Positions 25,320-39,230 are shown, counted from the first letter of the stretch. The stretch is 64,000 nt of DNA from Octopus vulgaris (GCA_951406725.2 OX597823.1:29636001-29700000), one strand, 5' to 3'. Translations and numbers: made by a program. Notes: generated by a model from the letters alone, not told the origin.

Positions 25320-25386
25320 CATATATTTTATTTATTGCACTATTGTATGACTGAGCGCCCTCGCGTCGTTTCGTTTCCTCCAAGTA

Positions 25387-25390
<4 letters not shown>
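24890..25390. mobile_element. Family R element with an inverted terminal segment
   Basis: 24890-25260 resembles 2925-3300 (minus sense). 25268-25390 is an inverted copy of the element end. (TA)n lies on both sides. Confidence 0.75.
25113..25174 (-). ncRNA. Rearranged (non-circularly permuted) hammerhead candidate
   Basis: Minus strand reads CGUG-UU-CUGUCCU-c-ACCUUC-AAAA-CACG-[14 nt]-AGGGACAG-CUGAUGA-AGGGU. Stem III is CGUG/CACG, stem I CUGUCCU/GGGACAG, stem II ACCUU(C)/AGGGU. G12 is mutated to A at a CpG. Confidence 0.7.
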
Positions 25391-25445
<55 letters not shown>

Positions 25446-25454
25446 AAAACTTAC

Positions 25455-25735
25455 TTCACATGATCACGTGATCGAACATGTTATCAGATGTTGCTACACA
25501 TCGCTGGTCACAATGCGCTTAGCATTCTTTTAGCTATCAAGTGACGCCATCCCGCTGGCTAAGCGAGCGGGCCAACAGAAGAACGGGTGAGAGAAAGCTG
25601 CGGCGAAAGAGTACAGCAGCCCCACACACTGCCGGAGGCTCGTGGAGATTTAGGTTTTTTCGTTCAATAAACACTCAACGCCCGGTCTGGGAATCGAAAC
25701 CGCGATCCTACAACCGCGAGTCTGCTACCCTAATT
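25455..25735 (-). mobile_element. SINE with a family C head and a different tail
   Basis: Head matches 5317-5420; the 3' part does not match 5480-5680. Confidence 0.7.
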
Positions 25736-25776
25736 GCACCTCCACACACACACACACACACACACACACGCGCACA

Positions 25777-25828
<52 letters not shown>

Positions 25829-25859
25829 TATATATAATGCTGACTCACTTGGCACTTCT

Positions 25860-26072
25860 GTATACATTTAGAAAATTCACACACCGACATGTAGTCGATT
25901 CAAATAAACGAATAAAAAACGGACATAAGGACGTGCGTAAGAAATTTATTAGCTTGACGCTTGGTGAAAGGAGAGAGTTTGACGTTTCGAGCATAGCTCT
26001 TCGTTGGATAGGCGACAGGGAAAAGTCCAAAGAAGGAAAAGAAACTGCCAATGGCACATGTGTAGTTACATA
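25860..26072 (-). mobile_element. Family H-related pLTR fragment with decayed HHR (25977-26010)
   Basis: Minus strand CCAACGA-A-GAGC uau GCUC-GAAA-CG-UC-AAAC. Confidence 0.6.
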
Positions 26073-26092
26073 GCTTTTATATATATATATGT

Positions 26093-26130
<38 letters not shown>

Positions 26131-26504
26131 ACACACACACACCGATAAGCAGTCATGCCCTTGTGCGTGAACATATTCATATCCAGATGAAATTTTAGAC
26201 GATGTAAGATATTTTTTGTGTTTTGAACAGACTTTGAGATAACTGGAAACTGGCAAGCAATGGGTTACGTCTAATTAATACACTAATTAATTATGACTAT
26301 ATTTAACAACCCACGTGAATATCATATCGTAAACACACATCAACACGTGTGTATATATATATATACATATGAACACACCCGAACTGTCTGTCAGATATAC
26401 TGTATATTGTTTTAGTCTCTCTCTTTCTCCTTCTCTCTCATTCTATCTGTCTCTCTGTCTGTCTGTCTGTCTCTCTCTCTTTCCCTCTCTGTCTCTCTCT
26501 CTCT

Positions 26505-26552
<48 letters not shown>

Positions 26553-26740
26553 TGCATACAACGCACACACTATCGCATACACACATGTGCTCTTTCACTT
26601 GCTAACAAGCATAAATATACACACATACGTACACACCCAAACAGTCTAGCATTTATTGTTTTTTTGTCTCTCTATCTCACTCATTCACCCACTCACTCAC
26701 TCACTCACTCACTCACTCACTCACTCACTCACTCACTCAC

Positions 26741-26800
<60 letters not shown>

Positions 26801-27019
26801 CCCACGTATTTAGCTCAATGCTTGCTATTTCTCCCTCTCTCAAAAACAAATACACAAATGCACTTATACTCAGAAATATACAGGGATTTAGCTTACACAC
26901 ACACATATACATTAACACACAAATGTATTTAATTCTACACACTCACATTCACATGTACAGACACTGACATACATGTACGCACTCATAGTCACATTTAGAC
27001 ATGTTGAATCGCTAGCTTC

Positions 27020-27197
27020 TGCACGCATTTTTTCTCTCCTTGTTTCTCTCCGTGTCTCTTTTCTGTGTATCTTTCTGTTGAAGAGCGTAGGCTCGAAACG
27101 TAAAAGACTTGTTTTATTTATATTCCTGAGCGCCATACAATTGATTGTTTGTACTCCACCTGCCTTCGTCTTTTGTTTATTTTCATAAAGCTTCCCG

Positions 27198-27200
<3 letters not shown>
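27020..27200 (+). mobile_element. pLTR/retrozyme-like fragment
   Basis: A near-identical reverse copy lies at 55596-55792. The 3' end abuts (TA)n. Confidence 0.8.
27071..27106 (+). ncRNA. Minimal type I hammerhead with CUGUUGA core
   Basis: CUUU-CUGUUGA-A-GAGC guag GCUC-GAAA-CG-UA-AAAG. Confidence 0.7.
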
Positions 27201-27258
<58 letters not shown>

Positions 27259-27546
27259 CATACATACATACATACATACATACATACATACATACATACA
27301 TACAAACGCATACACATACAATGAACAGGAATGGTGAAATAGACGAATAGACATACACATACATATACACATGCATGAGCACGTACACACATACGCATAC
27401 ACATATAGATACACACACACAACCATACACACACGCACACACATATATATACGACAAGGCTTTGATCGAGGCTAGACTACGATAAAATACACTTGCCCAA
27501 GGTGCCACGCAAATGGACTGAACCCGGAACCACTCCTGCACCTATA

Positions 27547-27610
<64 letters not shown>

Positions 27611-27629
27611 ATTTATTTATTTATTTATC

Positions 27630-27825
27630 TTTTACTCTTTCACTTGTTTCATTCATTTGACTGCGGCCATGCTGGAGCACCGCTTTTAGTTGAGCAAATC
27701 AACCCCAGGACTTATTCTTTGTAAGCCTAGTACTTATACTATCGGTGTCTTTTGCCAAGCCGCTAAGTTACGGGGACGTAAACATACCAGCATCGGTTAT
27801 CAAGCGATGTTGGGAGACAAACAAA

Positions 27826-27887
<62 letters not shown>

Positions 27888-28067
27888 CACATATATATTT
27901 ATATATATATATATATGATGGGATTCTTTCAGTTTCCGTCTACCAAATCCACTCACTAGGCTTTGGTCGGCCCAAGGCTAACGTAGAAGGCGCTTGCCCA
28001 AGGTGCCACGCGATGGGACTGAACCCGGAACCATGTGGTTCGTAAGCAAGCTACATACCACACAGCC

Positions 28068-28068
<1 letters not shown>
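27630..28068 (-). mobile_element. SINE family A, near full length
   Basis: Colinear with 17372-17778. Confidence 0.9.
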
Positions 28069-28131
<63 letters not shown>

Positions 28132-28281
28132 TTCGTTTTGGGATTTGGTTTGCAAGATTCTTTATATGACTTCGTGTGTTGAAGCATATTCTGTTTTCTG
28201 GGGAGAGTCATTTTCTTTTTGTGGCTTGTAATGTAACACACTCACCGGTAAAATTTCCACTTAGTTCTTATTTTTATTTTC

Positions 28282-28318
28282 CTAAAATTTTCGTTGCGTC
28301 TTGCAACCTTTTCAATAG
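28282..28318 (-). ncRNA. Minimal hammerhead, U3-A8 variant
   Basis: CUA-UUGAAAA-G-GUUGC aagac GCAAC-GAAA-AU-UU-UAG. Confidence 0.65.
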
Positions 28319-28389
28319 TCTTGACTCTGTCCGTTATTTACACTGCGTTTGTTGAGGGAGCGCAGTGTAAATAACGGACAGAGTCAAAA

Positions 28390-28426
28390 CTATTGAAAAG
28401 GTTGCAACACGCAACGAAAATTTTAG
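28390..28426 (+). ncRNA. Minimal hammerhead, U3-A8 variant
   Basis: CUA-UUGAAAA-G-GUUGC aacac GCAAC-GAAA-AU-UU-UAG. The two copies differ only in loop II. Confidence 0.65.
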
Positions 28427-28806
28427 GAAAATAAAAATAAGAACTAAGTGGAAATTTTACCGGTGAGTGTGTTAAATAATAAGGCACTAAAAGAGAATGA
28501 CTCTCCCCAGACACAACAGAATATAAATACACACACACACACAAACACACGCACACACACACATACACAGACACACACACACATATATGTTCATTCATGT
28601 ACATATAGTCATACGTATACATTAACACAAATACACAAATAATCGAAAGGAATGGTGAGCCGATGATGAAGAAAGATACGCTAATCCAGTATGGCAGTGT
28701 CTCGCAGAACTGGGATTGTCTGCTGGAATGGTTTTATGCCAAATTAGAGTTTATTAATAGAAAGTAGGACACACGCGTAGACAGACAGATAGACACACAC
28801 ACACAC

Positions 28807-28889
<83 letters not shown>

Positions 28890-29079
28890 CAAACATGTGC
28901 GCGCATACACGAATATATAGACATATACACGTATATGCAAAGATATAAACGGAGATCCATATACACACACACAAATGTGTGCGCGCATATAAACATACTG
29001 TATATAGACTGACGCATGTAAATACATGCCCATGAACACACACACACACACACACGCGCACCCATATATACGCACATAT

Positions 29080-29113
29080 AGGGAGAGGGAGAGTAAAAAG
29101 AAAGAAAGGAAAA

Positions 29114-29166
<53 letters not shown>

Positions 29167-29236
29167 ATGAAAGAAAGAAAGAAGGAAGGAAGGAGGGAAA
29201 GAAAGAAAGGGGTGAAGGAAGGACGGAAGAAAAGAA

Positions 29237-29267
<31 letters not shown>

Positions 29268-29322
29268 GAAAAGAAGGAAGGAAATGAAGGAAGGAAGGGT
29301 GGAAGGAAAGAAAGGGAGGAAT

Positions 29323-29353
<31 letters not shown>

Positions 29354-29460
29354 AGGAGGATGGGAATGAAGGAAGAAAGTGAATGCTGACGGAGAGAGAA
29401 AAGAAAGACAAAGAGCGATAGAGAGAGAGAGAGAAAGAGAAGAGAGAGAGAGAGTGAGAA
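29080..29460. repeat. Purine-rich (GAAA/GGAA)n tract
   Basis: Directly visible. Confidence 0.95.
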
Positions 29461-29821
29461 GTTAATCGATATTGAGTGAATTTGTGTTTTATTGATCCCT
29501 CATAGGAAATCCCACGGCTGTAAGTCCTCCAACGCCACACACACGCAGCTTTACCATCACCACCACTAATACCACCACAGCCTACACTACAACCGCGACA
29601 ACCACTGCTACAACGCACACTACAGCCTCTACAGTTACCACAACCACATCTAATACTACAATCGACAGTAATCCTTTTCTATTATAGGCGCAAGGCCCGA
29701 AATTTTGGGGGCAAGGGCTAATCAATTAGATCGACCCCAGTACGCAACTGGTACTTAATTTATCGAACCCGAAAGGATATATATTTTGATATAGGTTTAT
29801 ATATATATATATATATATATT

Positions 29822-30051
29822 CAGTAATTCGTCGACTCTCGCGGCTGTTACGTTCCAAAACTATCCACAGGAATAATTAAAATCTAAAAAAACACCTATT
29901 GGCCGCAGAAACCCGTGATATACTGAGGAGTCCGCGATATAAATTTACGCATATTAGCCAGAAAAATTTGCGAGGTACTGAATGCGTGATAGGTGAACCG
30001 CGATGTACTGAGTGGGCGATAGATGAACCGCGATGTGGCGAGTGATTGCTG
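29822..30051. mobile_element. Tigger/pogo-like MITE
   Basis: Imperfect TIRs cagtaattcgtcg / cgagtgattgctg. Same family as 32676-32908 in the opposite orientation. Confidence 0.65.
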
Positions 30052-30279
30052 TATATATGCGTATGTATGTGTGTGTACGTGTGTACATATATATATACGT
30101 ACATACATGGCACATATCATCACATTAGACTACTCTTGGCTTTACAACTTGGTCAAAACTTTAAATTCAACATTTAGTAAAGTTATGGATCAAAAATTAT
30201 TAATGCAATCCCTCTAGTTTAGATCTTTTTTCAATTGGCTATCACTCCTCGGCTGACAGAAACTATAATTTTGCGGTTC

Positions 30280-31140
30280 AGCTGCCATTTGCAGTAGACA
30301 TCCGCCAACAGATCACCGAACAAGCCTGGTGCATTAGCATGAAGTTCGTATGACAGAACACCCTAACTAGGCGATTTTTCTCTCGTGTGGCTGCTTCGCC
30401 CCCACTTGTATATCTGTGTCTGTTGCCAGCTTCTTGCAACATTTCACCTCCACTATCAACAGTCACAGTAACTCATTGAGTCGTTCCGACTCACATCTAG
30501 GCTCGAAGAGCTAAGAGGACTTCCGCTGAAAGCCGCACACGTCTGTTCAAAATCGAGTGTGTCATGATCACATCGCGGTCCGCCAAGAATCGAACTGTGG
30601 CTTTCTTACCACACTACGTCTCCACCATCCGTTCCCTCTTCTCTTAGAGTATACATCTTAGGCTTGACAAAGTTGCCTTCGAGTTACGCGCTGAAAAAAT
30701 AGTCGAGCGCCAATCTTGCCGCGCACACGACGATTGTTTCTGAGTAGATCTTCCTGTAGACTAGTTTTTCCCTATTGCTCCTTCCTCACAAAATCGGACC
30801 GATTCTGCTTTAATCGCCCTTTTCCGGGTAAACCACTATTTGTTGTCTATGACTAACTCTGTTAACAACCGCTTGACTAAATCGGTAATCCGGTTTCTGT
30901 AAGTTTGGCGCACCGGGAACCGGTCCCTGCCTACAAAATCTACATCGTACAGATAACAAATCTGCGGTCTGTATATTTGAATTGTGAGCAACCTACTCTA
31001 TACCTATCCACTGACCTATAGAATATTCTAGCTAGACCAGGATGATTCGATGCGGTTTGTCCATGTCTAAAATGGATCACTCGGAAAATCCAGCCGACAT
31101 CTGTCAGACATCTACAGACATTTGAAAAGTTTTGTATCGT
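30280..31140 (-). pseudogene. Heavily decayed LINE ORF2 remnant (Tx1/L1-like, endonuclease to linker region)
   Basis: Fragmentary minus-strand peptides TWTNRIESS, YTDRRFVIC and TLREEG resemble L1/Tx1 motifs; many stops and frameshifts. Confidence 0.4.
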
Positions 31141-31412
31141 AGCCAAGTATCTTTTCTATGGCTTTTGGTTACCCTGTTCCTTGTATAGGACACTGGGTCA
31201 TTAAGAATTTAGCTTTGCAGCCGCATGATTTCCCGTTCAGTCTCTCTGCGCGTTGCCTTCAGCAGATTGCCTTTAGCTATGGCCGCGGGTCAACCAATGC
31301 TTTATGAGTGAATTTGCAAGATGGAAATGTTGTGGAAGCACGTCGTATCTCTCTCTCCTCCACCTTCTCTCTCTTTCCCCCTCTCTCTCCCTTTCTTTCT
31401 CTGTGTGTGTGC

Positions 31413-31494
<82 letters not shown>

Positions 31495-31645
31495 GGCGCA
31501 GGCGTTGCTGTGTGGTAAGAAGCTTGCTTCCCAACCACATGGTTCCGGGTTCAGTCCCGCTGCGGGGCACCTTGGGCAAATGTCTTCTACTACAGCCTTG
31601 GGTCGACCAAAGCCTTGTGAGTGGATTTGGTAGAAAGACCGTCGT
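31495..31645 (+). mobile_element. SINE family A head
   Basis: ggcgcaggcgttgctgtgtggtaagaagcttgcttcccaaccacatggttccgggttcagtccc. Confidence 0.85.
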
Positions 31646-31768
31646 AAAGTTATACTGATGCTAATGTGATGATATGTGCCATCCCGAAGGCTGTAATTGA
31701 CGCAGCAGGATCATTCACAAAGTATTAGTTGAAGACATTCCAAAGGGGGTGTAGACTTTTGCAAGGCA

Positions 31769-31805
<37 letters not shown>

Positions 31806-31812
<7 letters not shown>

Positions 31813-32125
31813 GAGAAAATGGAGAAATATATCTAAATCAATCATCAACCATCAGATAATACCGAATCTAGTGTTTTAATAAAGTATATGATTCGGTATT
31901 ATCTGATGGTTGATGATTGATTTAGATATATTTCTCCATTTTCTCATTTTGTATTATTAATTTACGGTAAAAATAATTTTACCTTTGCCCACCTAATACA
32001 GTAAATGAATTAATTGCATCGCAATTTTTAACATTTATGTATTAGCTTTGTTGGGTACTTCTCTAGCAGTATATTGGATATATGTTATCCCATGGAGGGT
32101 TGAATTTACAACCCCTATCTCATTA
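31806..32125. mobile_element. pLTR-like insert with a perfect inverted repeat of about 62 bp
   Basis: 31807-31868 versus 31890-31950; (TA)n on both sides. No complete HHR is visible. Confidence 0.6.
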
Positions 32126-32624
32126 TATATATATATATATATATATTTATATGAACTGTTAGAAATATTTGTCACCGGTATTTCATTCCATTAATATTCA
32201 TTGCAGGTTGCTGTATTTGTCATTTATTTACGCCCCAATTTGATTATATTGACCTTTATTATCGAGCTTCATTAAAAAAAAAAAAAAAATAAAGAATACG
32301 GAAATAATTTATTGGACGGTTTGTGAATCAGGTTAGTAACTAGGATGTGTTATCTGTTTGTTTATGTTTTTGATAGATTAATTTGCAGTTAATTTGGCTT
32401 CACTGCGTAATTATTATGAACAAAGAAAACACGCATGCAGGAAATTATATGAAATAAAATACATGAGAATATTTGAAAATAAATAGGTAGTTGCGCCATC
32501 AAAATTCTCATTAATCGGTGTTTCTGGTACATTACATCCACTCATAAACTAATGTGTGTGTGTATGTGTGTGGGCGTATATGTATACAGGCATAATACAT
32601 TCATATATACACTCATACATTTCA

Positions 32625-32671
<47 letters not shown>

Positions 32672-32675
32672 CACA

Positions 32676-32908
32676 CAGTAATCCCTCACCATATCGCGTT
32701 TTACCTATCGCGGTTCACCTATCGCGGTTTACTATTTAAGCTTACGTCGATTCCTCCGTCATGTTGTTTTGCATTTATAATAAAATAAATATATACAAAT
32801 TATTAAAAAAATAGAAAATATACGGTACAGTACCGTTTCTACTTCGTGGATTTTCACCTATCGCGGGTGTTTTGAAACGTAACACCCGTGATAGTCGAGG
32901 GATTACAG
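32676..32908. mobile_element. Tigger/pogo-like MITE
   Basis: TIRs cagtaatccctc / gagggattacag, followed by TA. Confidence 0.75.
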
Positions 32909-32910
32909 TA

Positions 32911-33171
32911 TATTGGGATGATGTCGAGACGCTGGAGTTGAAGTGGTCTGATTGTTAGCGGTTGAATGCAGGACATTTAAAAGCTCTGGTCCAGACTGCG
33001 TATGATGTGCATTCGTCTCAAGCAAATCTCAAAAAATGGGGTAGCCAAGAGAGTCCACAGTACCACTTGAGTGGGAAGTATGGCAGCCTCAAGCTATCAG
33101 CTTGCCCAAAAGCACTCCAGTCTGGATGGTATACATTTAGACATAATTTAGTGCTAAACATTCTTTCTTAG
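32911..33171 (+). pseudogene. Fragment of an RLE-type non-LTR retrotransposon (zinc knuckle/RHN region)
   Basis: YDVHSSQANLKKWG...LSACPKALQSGWYTFRHNLVL matches the YDVLPSP.NL..WG...ILS.CP.AL..GRY.WRHD.VL pattern that precedes the restriction-like endonuclease. Confidence 0.7.
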
Positions 33172-34106
33172 ATCTCTTAATAACGGTCAATTACATAGTA
33201 ATTTCCCTTTGTTTAACGGTCATTTTCATAGCATATTTTGATTTTAATCAAATTTTAAAAAAGATTTTTTAAATTGTAAGGGTACAAAAAAAAGGAACTG
33301 TGATCAAAATGTTTTCCTGTTACTTCAATTAAAACTTAGTTATTGACGATAGAAGCAGTATTAGTTCAAATTAGCAATCTCTAAATCATTTTTAAAGTAT
33401 ATATCCAGTTGAAAGCCTTCTAAACTGCAATATTCTTCTCGAGAAAGCATCTTTTCTAGTGACAAATACTGCAATTTAGAAGGCTTTTAACAGAATGTAT
33501 GTTTTAGATATGATACACAGATTGATAATCAGTTAAGTAACATTGAAAAGTAAATGAAAAAAGCAACCCCCCCGCCCAAAAAAAAAAAGATGCACCAAAT
33601 AATCTGACAACCTAATACTTGAAACACTGAATACATTTTTCTAACCATTATTTTGTCGGCAATTTTGAAAAATATTCAGCAGCTAACAACAATATTTCAT
33701 TAATTCTCCAGTAATTTTTACATTCTACAGAAATCTTGAGTAATCCTCAAAAACCTTGAGTGGTAGAAAAAGGTATCAACTTTTTTTTAGCAATTTCCGT
33801 CTACGTTCTTCAGTTATCTTCAACGGTTTTAAGTAGAACAGAACATTTAGCAGCATTTCTTTAAGAATTCTTCCTTAGGCGCTGGCATGGTTGTGTGGTT
33901 GTGAAACTTGCTTTACAACCGCGTGGTTTCGGATTCCGTCTCACTGCGTGGCACCTGGGTCGTGTGTCTTCTACAAGTGCCCTGCACCTGTTTGGAAATC
34001 CGTCATGCAGACATACATGCACACACACACACATACATGCATGCATACATACATACATACATATGTACATGTATACATATATACATTAAACACACACATA
34101 CACACA

Positions 34107-34149
<43 letters not shown>

Positions 34150-34150
<1 letters not shown>

Positions 34151-34337
34151 TTTTATTCTTTTGCTTGTTTCAGTCATTTGACTGTAGCCATGCTGGAGCA
34201 CCGCCATGACCCCAGGACTTATTTCTTAATCCTAGTACTTATTCTATCGGGCTCTTTGCTGAATTGCTAAGTTACGGAGGCGTAAGCACACCATCGCCGG
34301 TTGCCAAGCGATGTGTGACAAAATAGACACAAACACA

Positions 34338-34378
<41 letters not shown>

Positions 34379-34541
34379 CACAACAGGCTTCTTTCAGTTT
34401 CCGTCTACCAAATCCACTCACAATGCTTTGGTTGGCCCGAGGCTATAGTAGAAGACACTTGCCCAAGGTGCTACGCAATGGGACTGAACCCAGAACCATG
34501 TGGCTGGAAATCAAGCTTCTTACCACACAGCCACGCCTGCA
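34150..34541 (-). mobile_element. SINE family A, near full length
   Basis: Colinear with 17372-17778. Confidence 0.85.
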
Positions 34542-34617
<76 letters not shown>

Positions 34618-34921
34618 GAAGGTTTGAAAATGCAATTTTAAAAGATGTTTATTTACTTGACCGGTTTCAATTTTTTTAGAAAAACCTGTAAAAGCGTTCT
34701 TGTGTTAGGTACTGCTTGTCACAAAATATTGCAATACTTATATACATTCTTTGATAATAATAAGAACATGTTAAAAACAGTTTACAGAAAAAAAATTTTT
34801 GAGAAATTATCCACAAGTTCATACAACCTGTTAGGATTACATTAAAAATCATGTTTGTTTGGAAGTATCTATATATATACACAGAAAATTATAAGTTCAA
34901 AAAGGTCATATTTCGGTAGTA

Positions 34922-34998
<77 letters not shown>

Positions 34999-36099
34999 TA
35001 TCTGTGTGTGTCTTTGACACCTCCACGCCACTGCTTGACAACCGTTGTTGACTTGTTTATGTCCTCGTAACTTTAACTTATCCGTTCGGTAGACGACACC
35101 AACAGAATAAGTACCAGTTTAAAACAAAATGTAAGTATCGGGGGCGATTTGTTCGACTAAAATCTCGAGCGTGGACGCAATCCAATGATTGAAACAAGTA
35201 AGAGATAAAAACCGCAATTCACGGCATTTCTACTTTTTCTGTAAAATCTTCTGCAATTTATACAAGTGATCTACAACAATACGTCAGTAAATTCTTCAGA
35301 ATTCTGCAACAGCTTATGAATAAATAAAGAACAGTCAGTCAGCATTTCATCAGGAATTGCCAATATTCTTGCATAGAACAGAGCAACAGACTGCAACAAT
35401 AATGCAACCAGTCTTTAGCAATTCTCAGGAATCGTCAATCATCAACAGACATCTTCAGTATTCTTCAGTAGTTTTACAGTAACCTTAAACAGTCTGCTGT
35501 AGTTGGCAGCCACCCCCAGCTTCTGCTGCCGCCGTCGCCATCGCCATCGCCTCCGACGCGAACAATCGCCATCATCTGCCACATCTTCTGCGACTTTTAG
35601 CTATCTTTAGCAATGCTGAGTAAAAGCGAGTAGTCTGCAGCACTGCGCTGACACATCAACTTCAAATATTTAGACAGAGTTATTGATACTCTAACAATAG
35701 AAATATCGATTAAATGTCACGAGGAAGAAATGACAATTTTAGTAACAGAACTGGTGAAGCCACGGTGTATTGATCCTGTTTGCATTTATTCAAAACACCC
35801 GTATATCATAGGTAACGAGGGTGGTGGTGGTGGTGGTGTGTGTGTGTAGGGGTGGGGCGAGGATTGAAGGGCAAAACATGGAATTCATGCCTTTCCCATA
35901 CTATAAGAGAAGCAAAGTAACTTCAGCAAAGAAATGTAACCCGTTTCTTGATTTCAGTTATCTGGACGCATGCTTTTACACCCCCGCAATCGCTTGTTAC
36001 ATAACTTGTACTTATTCAATAGATCAATCCTCAGAAGGGTGAAAATGAAGGTAAAACCTTAGTGGGATTTGAACCTGTGACTATAAAAGCTGGATTCGA

Positions 36100-38112
36100 C
36101 TTATTACATTTCTGCCAATTCTTTTGTTTACAGCGTGGCAACGAATGAAGACCACAGATTTACAAAAGCAATGGCAGGCAGAGGAAGAGGAGAGTGGAAG
36201 GAACGGTGTGGGGTGGTTACAGTCTGTGGATTTGATCCCGGTTCATGTCGAGTGATACTTTTCGATATCAATTTTAAAATTTCCTTAGAAGCAGGGGAAG
36301 TGAAACGAACTGCAGTAAAAATGGAAGCCAGAGAAGAATTACAAATACAGCAAGGAATTTCTTTAATTCGTTTCTTGGAAAGGTCAAACAGATGCAAGCT
36401 TTACCACTTTGCAATAAGAAGAAATTGAAAGGCAATTTCCGGTAGGATACAAAGTACATGAGAAAGTAAATGAGATCTCTGGCAGAAAGTCAGATGCTCA
36501 AACTCCAGGTGTATCAGAGCAATGGATGGTACCATGCTGGTTGAGAAGATCGATATTTTGAATAGACGGACAGAGTATATAGAAGATTTATTTCATGATA
36601 CGAGAGCAGCCTCTCCTAGTTTTTCTGACTCTGATGAGTGACCAACGGTCATAGTAACTGAGGTGCATACAGCCATCAAAACGATAAAGAAATACAAAGC
36701 TTCTGGGCCAGACGGATTTCTCAAAGAGATGATAAAAGCATTAGAGGAATATGGAATTAGAAAACTGGCAGAAGTAACAAGTAAGATTTATGATGATAGG
36801 GAAATTTCCAGAAGATCTGAGTAAATCTATCTTTATTGCACTCCCGAAGAAATCAGGAGCGGTGGAGTGTGAGAAACATCGCACGATTAGTCTTATGAGT
36901 CGTTACAAAGATCTTTCTGCGGGTAAGAATAACACCTGAGAATGAAATTAAGCAGTTTGGCTTTATAAAGGGTGATGGTACTAATAATACTGTTTCTGTA
37001 TTGAGAATAACGGAGCGGGCGGTGGAGAAGCAAAGAGAGGTTTTCATGTATTTCATAGATTACACAAAGGTCATGACGTGTTATCTGAAAAACTCGGTAA
37101 CCATGATCTGCAAGGGGAATATCTCCAAATCTTGCAGAGTATGTACATAAATATGGATGGAGAATGCAATGAATACACTAGCATCAGGAAAGGTGTTAGA
37201 GAAGGATGTATTGTGTCGCCAGATCTCTTCAATTACCGTAGTGAATTGACCACAAGAGAACTGGAGAAGGAAAACGGTCTTAGGGTACGAGTCAGAAACA
37301 TCACAAACTTAAGACATGCAGATGGCACTGTCTCACTTGCAGAATCAGAAGAGAAAATCCAGAAACTTTTGGAAGTAGTGGTCAGAGAAAGCGACAGTAA
37401 GGGTCTGTGCATAGATTGTAAGAAGACAGACTGTATAGTGGGGACAAAGAAGGGAAGCCCAAAGTGCATGCCGAAAGAGAAGAATCAAATCATTAAGCAG
37501 GTATCACTCTTCAACCATTTTGGAATATTGATCACAGAAGACGCAAGATGTGTGGAAGAGATCAAAAGACGAATAGTGCTGGCAAAAGCTGCATTCTCAG
37601 AATTGTATAGCATTTTGAGAAACCCTACTTTGAGCATCAAGACCAAGATCCGTATATTGAATTGCTGTGTCAACTCTATGTTAATGCATAGAAGGGAAGG
37701 ATGGTCTGTAACATTAGAGCTTCAGAAATGTGAAGGTGCTTGGAGAGCAGGGAAGTGTGGTTCTTCTGGAGACTGTTGAGGATAACATGGGCAAAGTGTC
37801 TAATGAAGAAGCGATCACCTCGGCTGCGGTAAATGGGAAACTATTTCAGGAAATAAGGATCAGACAAATGAAATTTTTTGATCGTGTGATGAGGAAAGAC
37901 ACTCTGGAGAATTTAGCGATGACCGGAAAGACTGAAGGAAAAGAAGCAGAAGAAAGAGAAGGATGACACAGATGTCGCGTTTGATGAACTGGTTGGAAGA
38001 AAGAGACATTAAACATCAGGAAGTGGAACTGTTACAGAAAACAAAGAACAGAGAATTGTGGAAGGACATCAAAGCCTGTGTCCTACATTCTGGACATGGC
38101 ACCTGAAGGAAG
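36100..38112 (+). mobile_element. RTE-clade LINE, 5'-truncated and decayed
   Basis: ORF 37078-37779 has RT motifs KGVREGCIVSPDLFN, NLRHADGTV and EIKRRIVLAKAAF. Upstream KASGPDG and IALPKKSGAVECEKHRTISLMS motifs; stops and frameshifts throughout. Confidence 0.9.
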
Positions 38113-38275
38113 ATTAACGTGACCTTTCTATCACCATGATTGTGTCATCAGCCTGATCTTTCCACCACAACACTGAACTTTCTATCATTCTTAAATTTCA
38201 CCTACTCTGAAAAAAAAAAAAAGAAAGGATCATTAACGATAATAAATGCTCATATGACATACTAAAAATAGCAGT

Positions 38276-38430
38276 TATCCTTCAAATCACATTCTACTAT
38301 CTTCTACTATCCTTCAAATCACATTCTACTATCTTCTACTATCCTTCAAATCACATTCTACTATCTTCTACTATCCTTCAAATCACATTCTACTATCTTC
38401 TACTATCCTTCAAATCACATTCTACTCTCT
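38276..38430. repeat. 32-bp minisatellite x5
   Basis: ttcaaatcacattctac at 38281, 38313, 38345, 38377 and 38409. Confidence 0.95.
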
Positions 38431-39145
38431 TCGAAATAAAAGGGTTGCATAACGTGCTCCCTAGATTCCATCGCAAAGCAAAAAGATAAGATTGTGACGC
38501 AGTGGCACAGCTAGAGTTCCTGTCAATAGGATCAGCCTTTCACTCGGAGTGAACGGCCCCCTCGCTCCATACCTCAGTCACGTCTGGAATGTCTTTAATC
38601 CTTGTTCCGTTTGAGCAGGGTTGACCTATGGGTAAATAATAAAAAAAACAACAGCAACAAGAACAACAAATGATGAATAAAACCATGTAAAATATCTCAG
38701 AAACAGCATAACAACAGAAACAGCATCAAGAGGCTAGTGTTGTGCAACAGCATGGCCGGAACCATAAGGATTTTCCCTTGCTATAAAAAAATGAAGATGA
38801 GAATATTACTGATTCTCACTGTCAGTTATAGAAATTCGGTCGGAGTATCAGCGATTGAGAAGTTCTTGGTCAATGGGAAAGACTGGTCGAAATTATGGTA
38901 TATTAATTTTGTAGAAGACCAATAGTTGGTCATATATGTCCCACCGTCGATATTGACCGAGGGAAAGGCAAGACCGATATGGCTTGGCACGGAGTCAGAC
39001 GACTGGGTATGGCTAACTGAAAATAGAGCGTATTTTGGCGACAGTCCTTTTGGGGACAAGTAGTAGATACACACACACACACGCAAAGCAGAGATATGCA
39101 CATTCAGCCAGACAGACTGACGGATGGACAGGCAGACAGACAGAC

Positions 39146-39196
<51 letters not shown>

Positions 39197-39230
39197 CAGA
39201 CAGGCAGACAGACAGACAGACAGACAGACG

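Larger units (their letters stand above)
28175..28524. mobile_element. Foldback pLTR-like element with an HHR in each arm
   Basis: Arms about 28175-28347 and 28361-28524 are reverse complements with a short spacer. Confidence 0.85.

Noticed and set aside
28734-29618. 294-aa hydrophobic ORF and the opposite Lys/Glu/Arg-rich ORF
   Set aside because: Translation of (GAAA)n and (CA)n tracts.
34660-34820. GAAA-CCGG-UC on the minus strand (and GAAA-CCGG-UU at 11761 +)
   Set aside because: Only the 3' half of an HHR; the CUGANGA strand is unrecognisable, so it is counted as a remnant only.
36631-36660. CTGATGA in the RTE remnant (also TCATCAG at about 4279, 41507 and 44254)
   Set aside because: No matching GAAA, stems or UH site; chance matches inside other elements.
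38700-39060. Possible Tx1-like LINE C-terminal remnant
   Set aside because: Similarity is too faint to call by eye.
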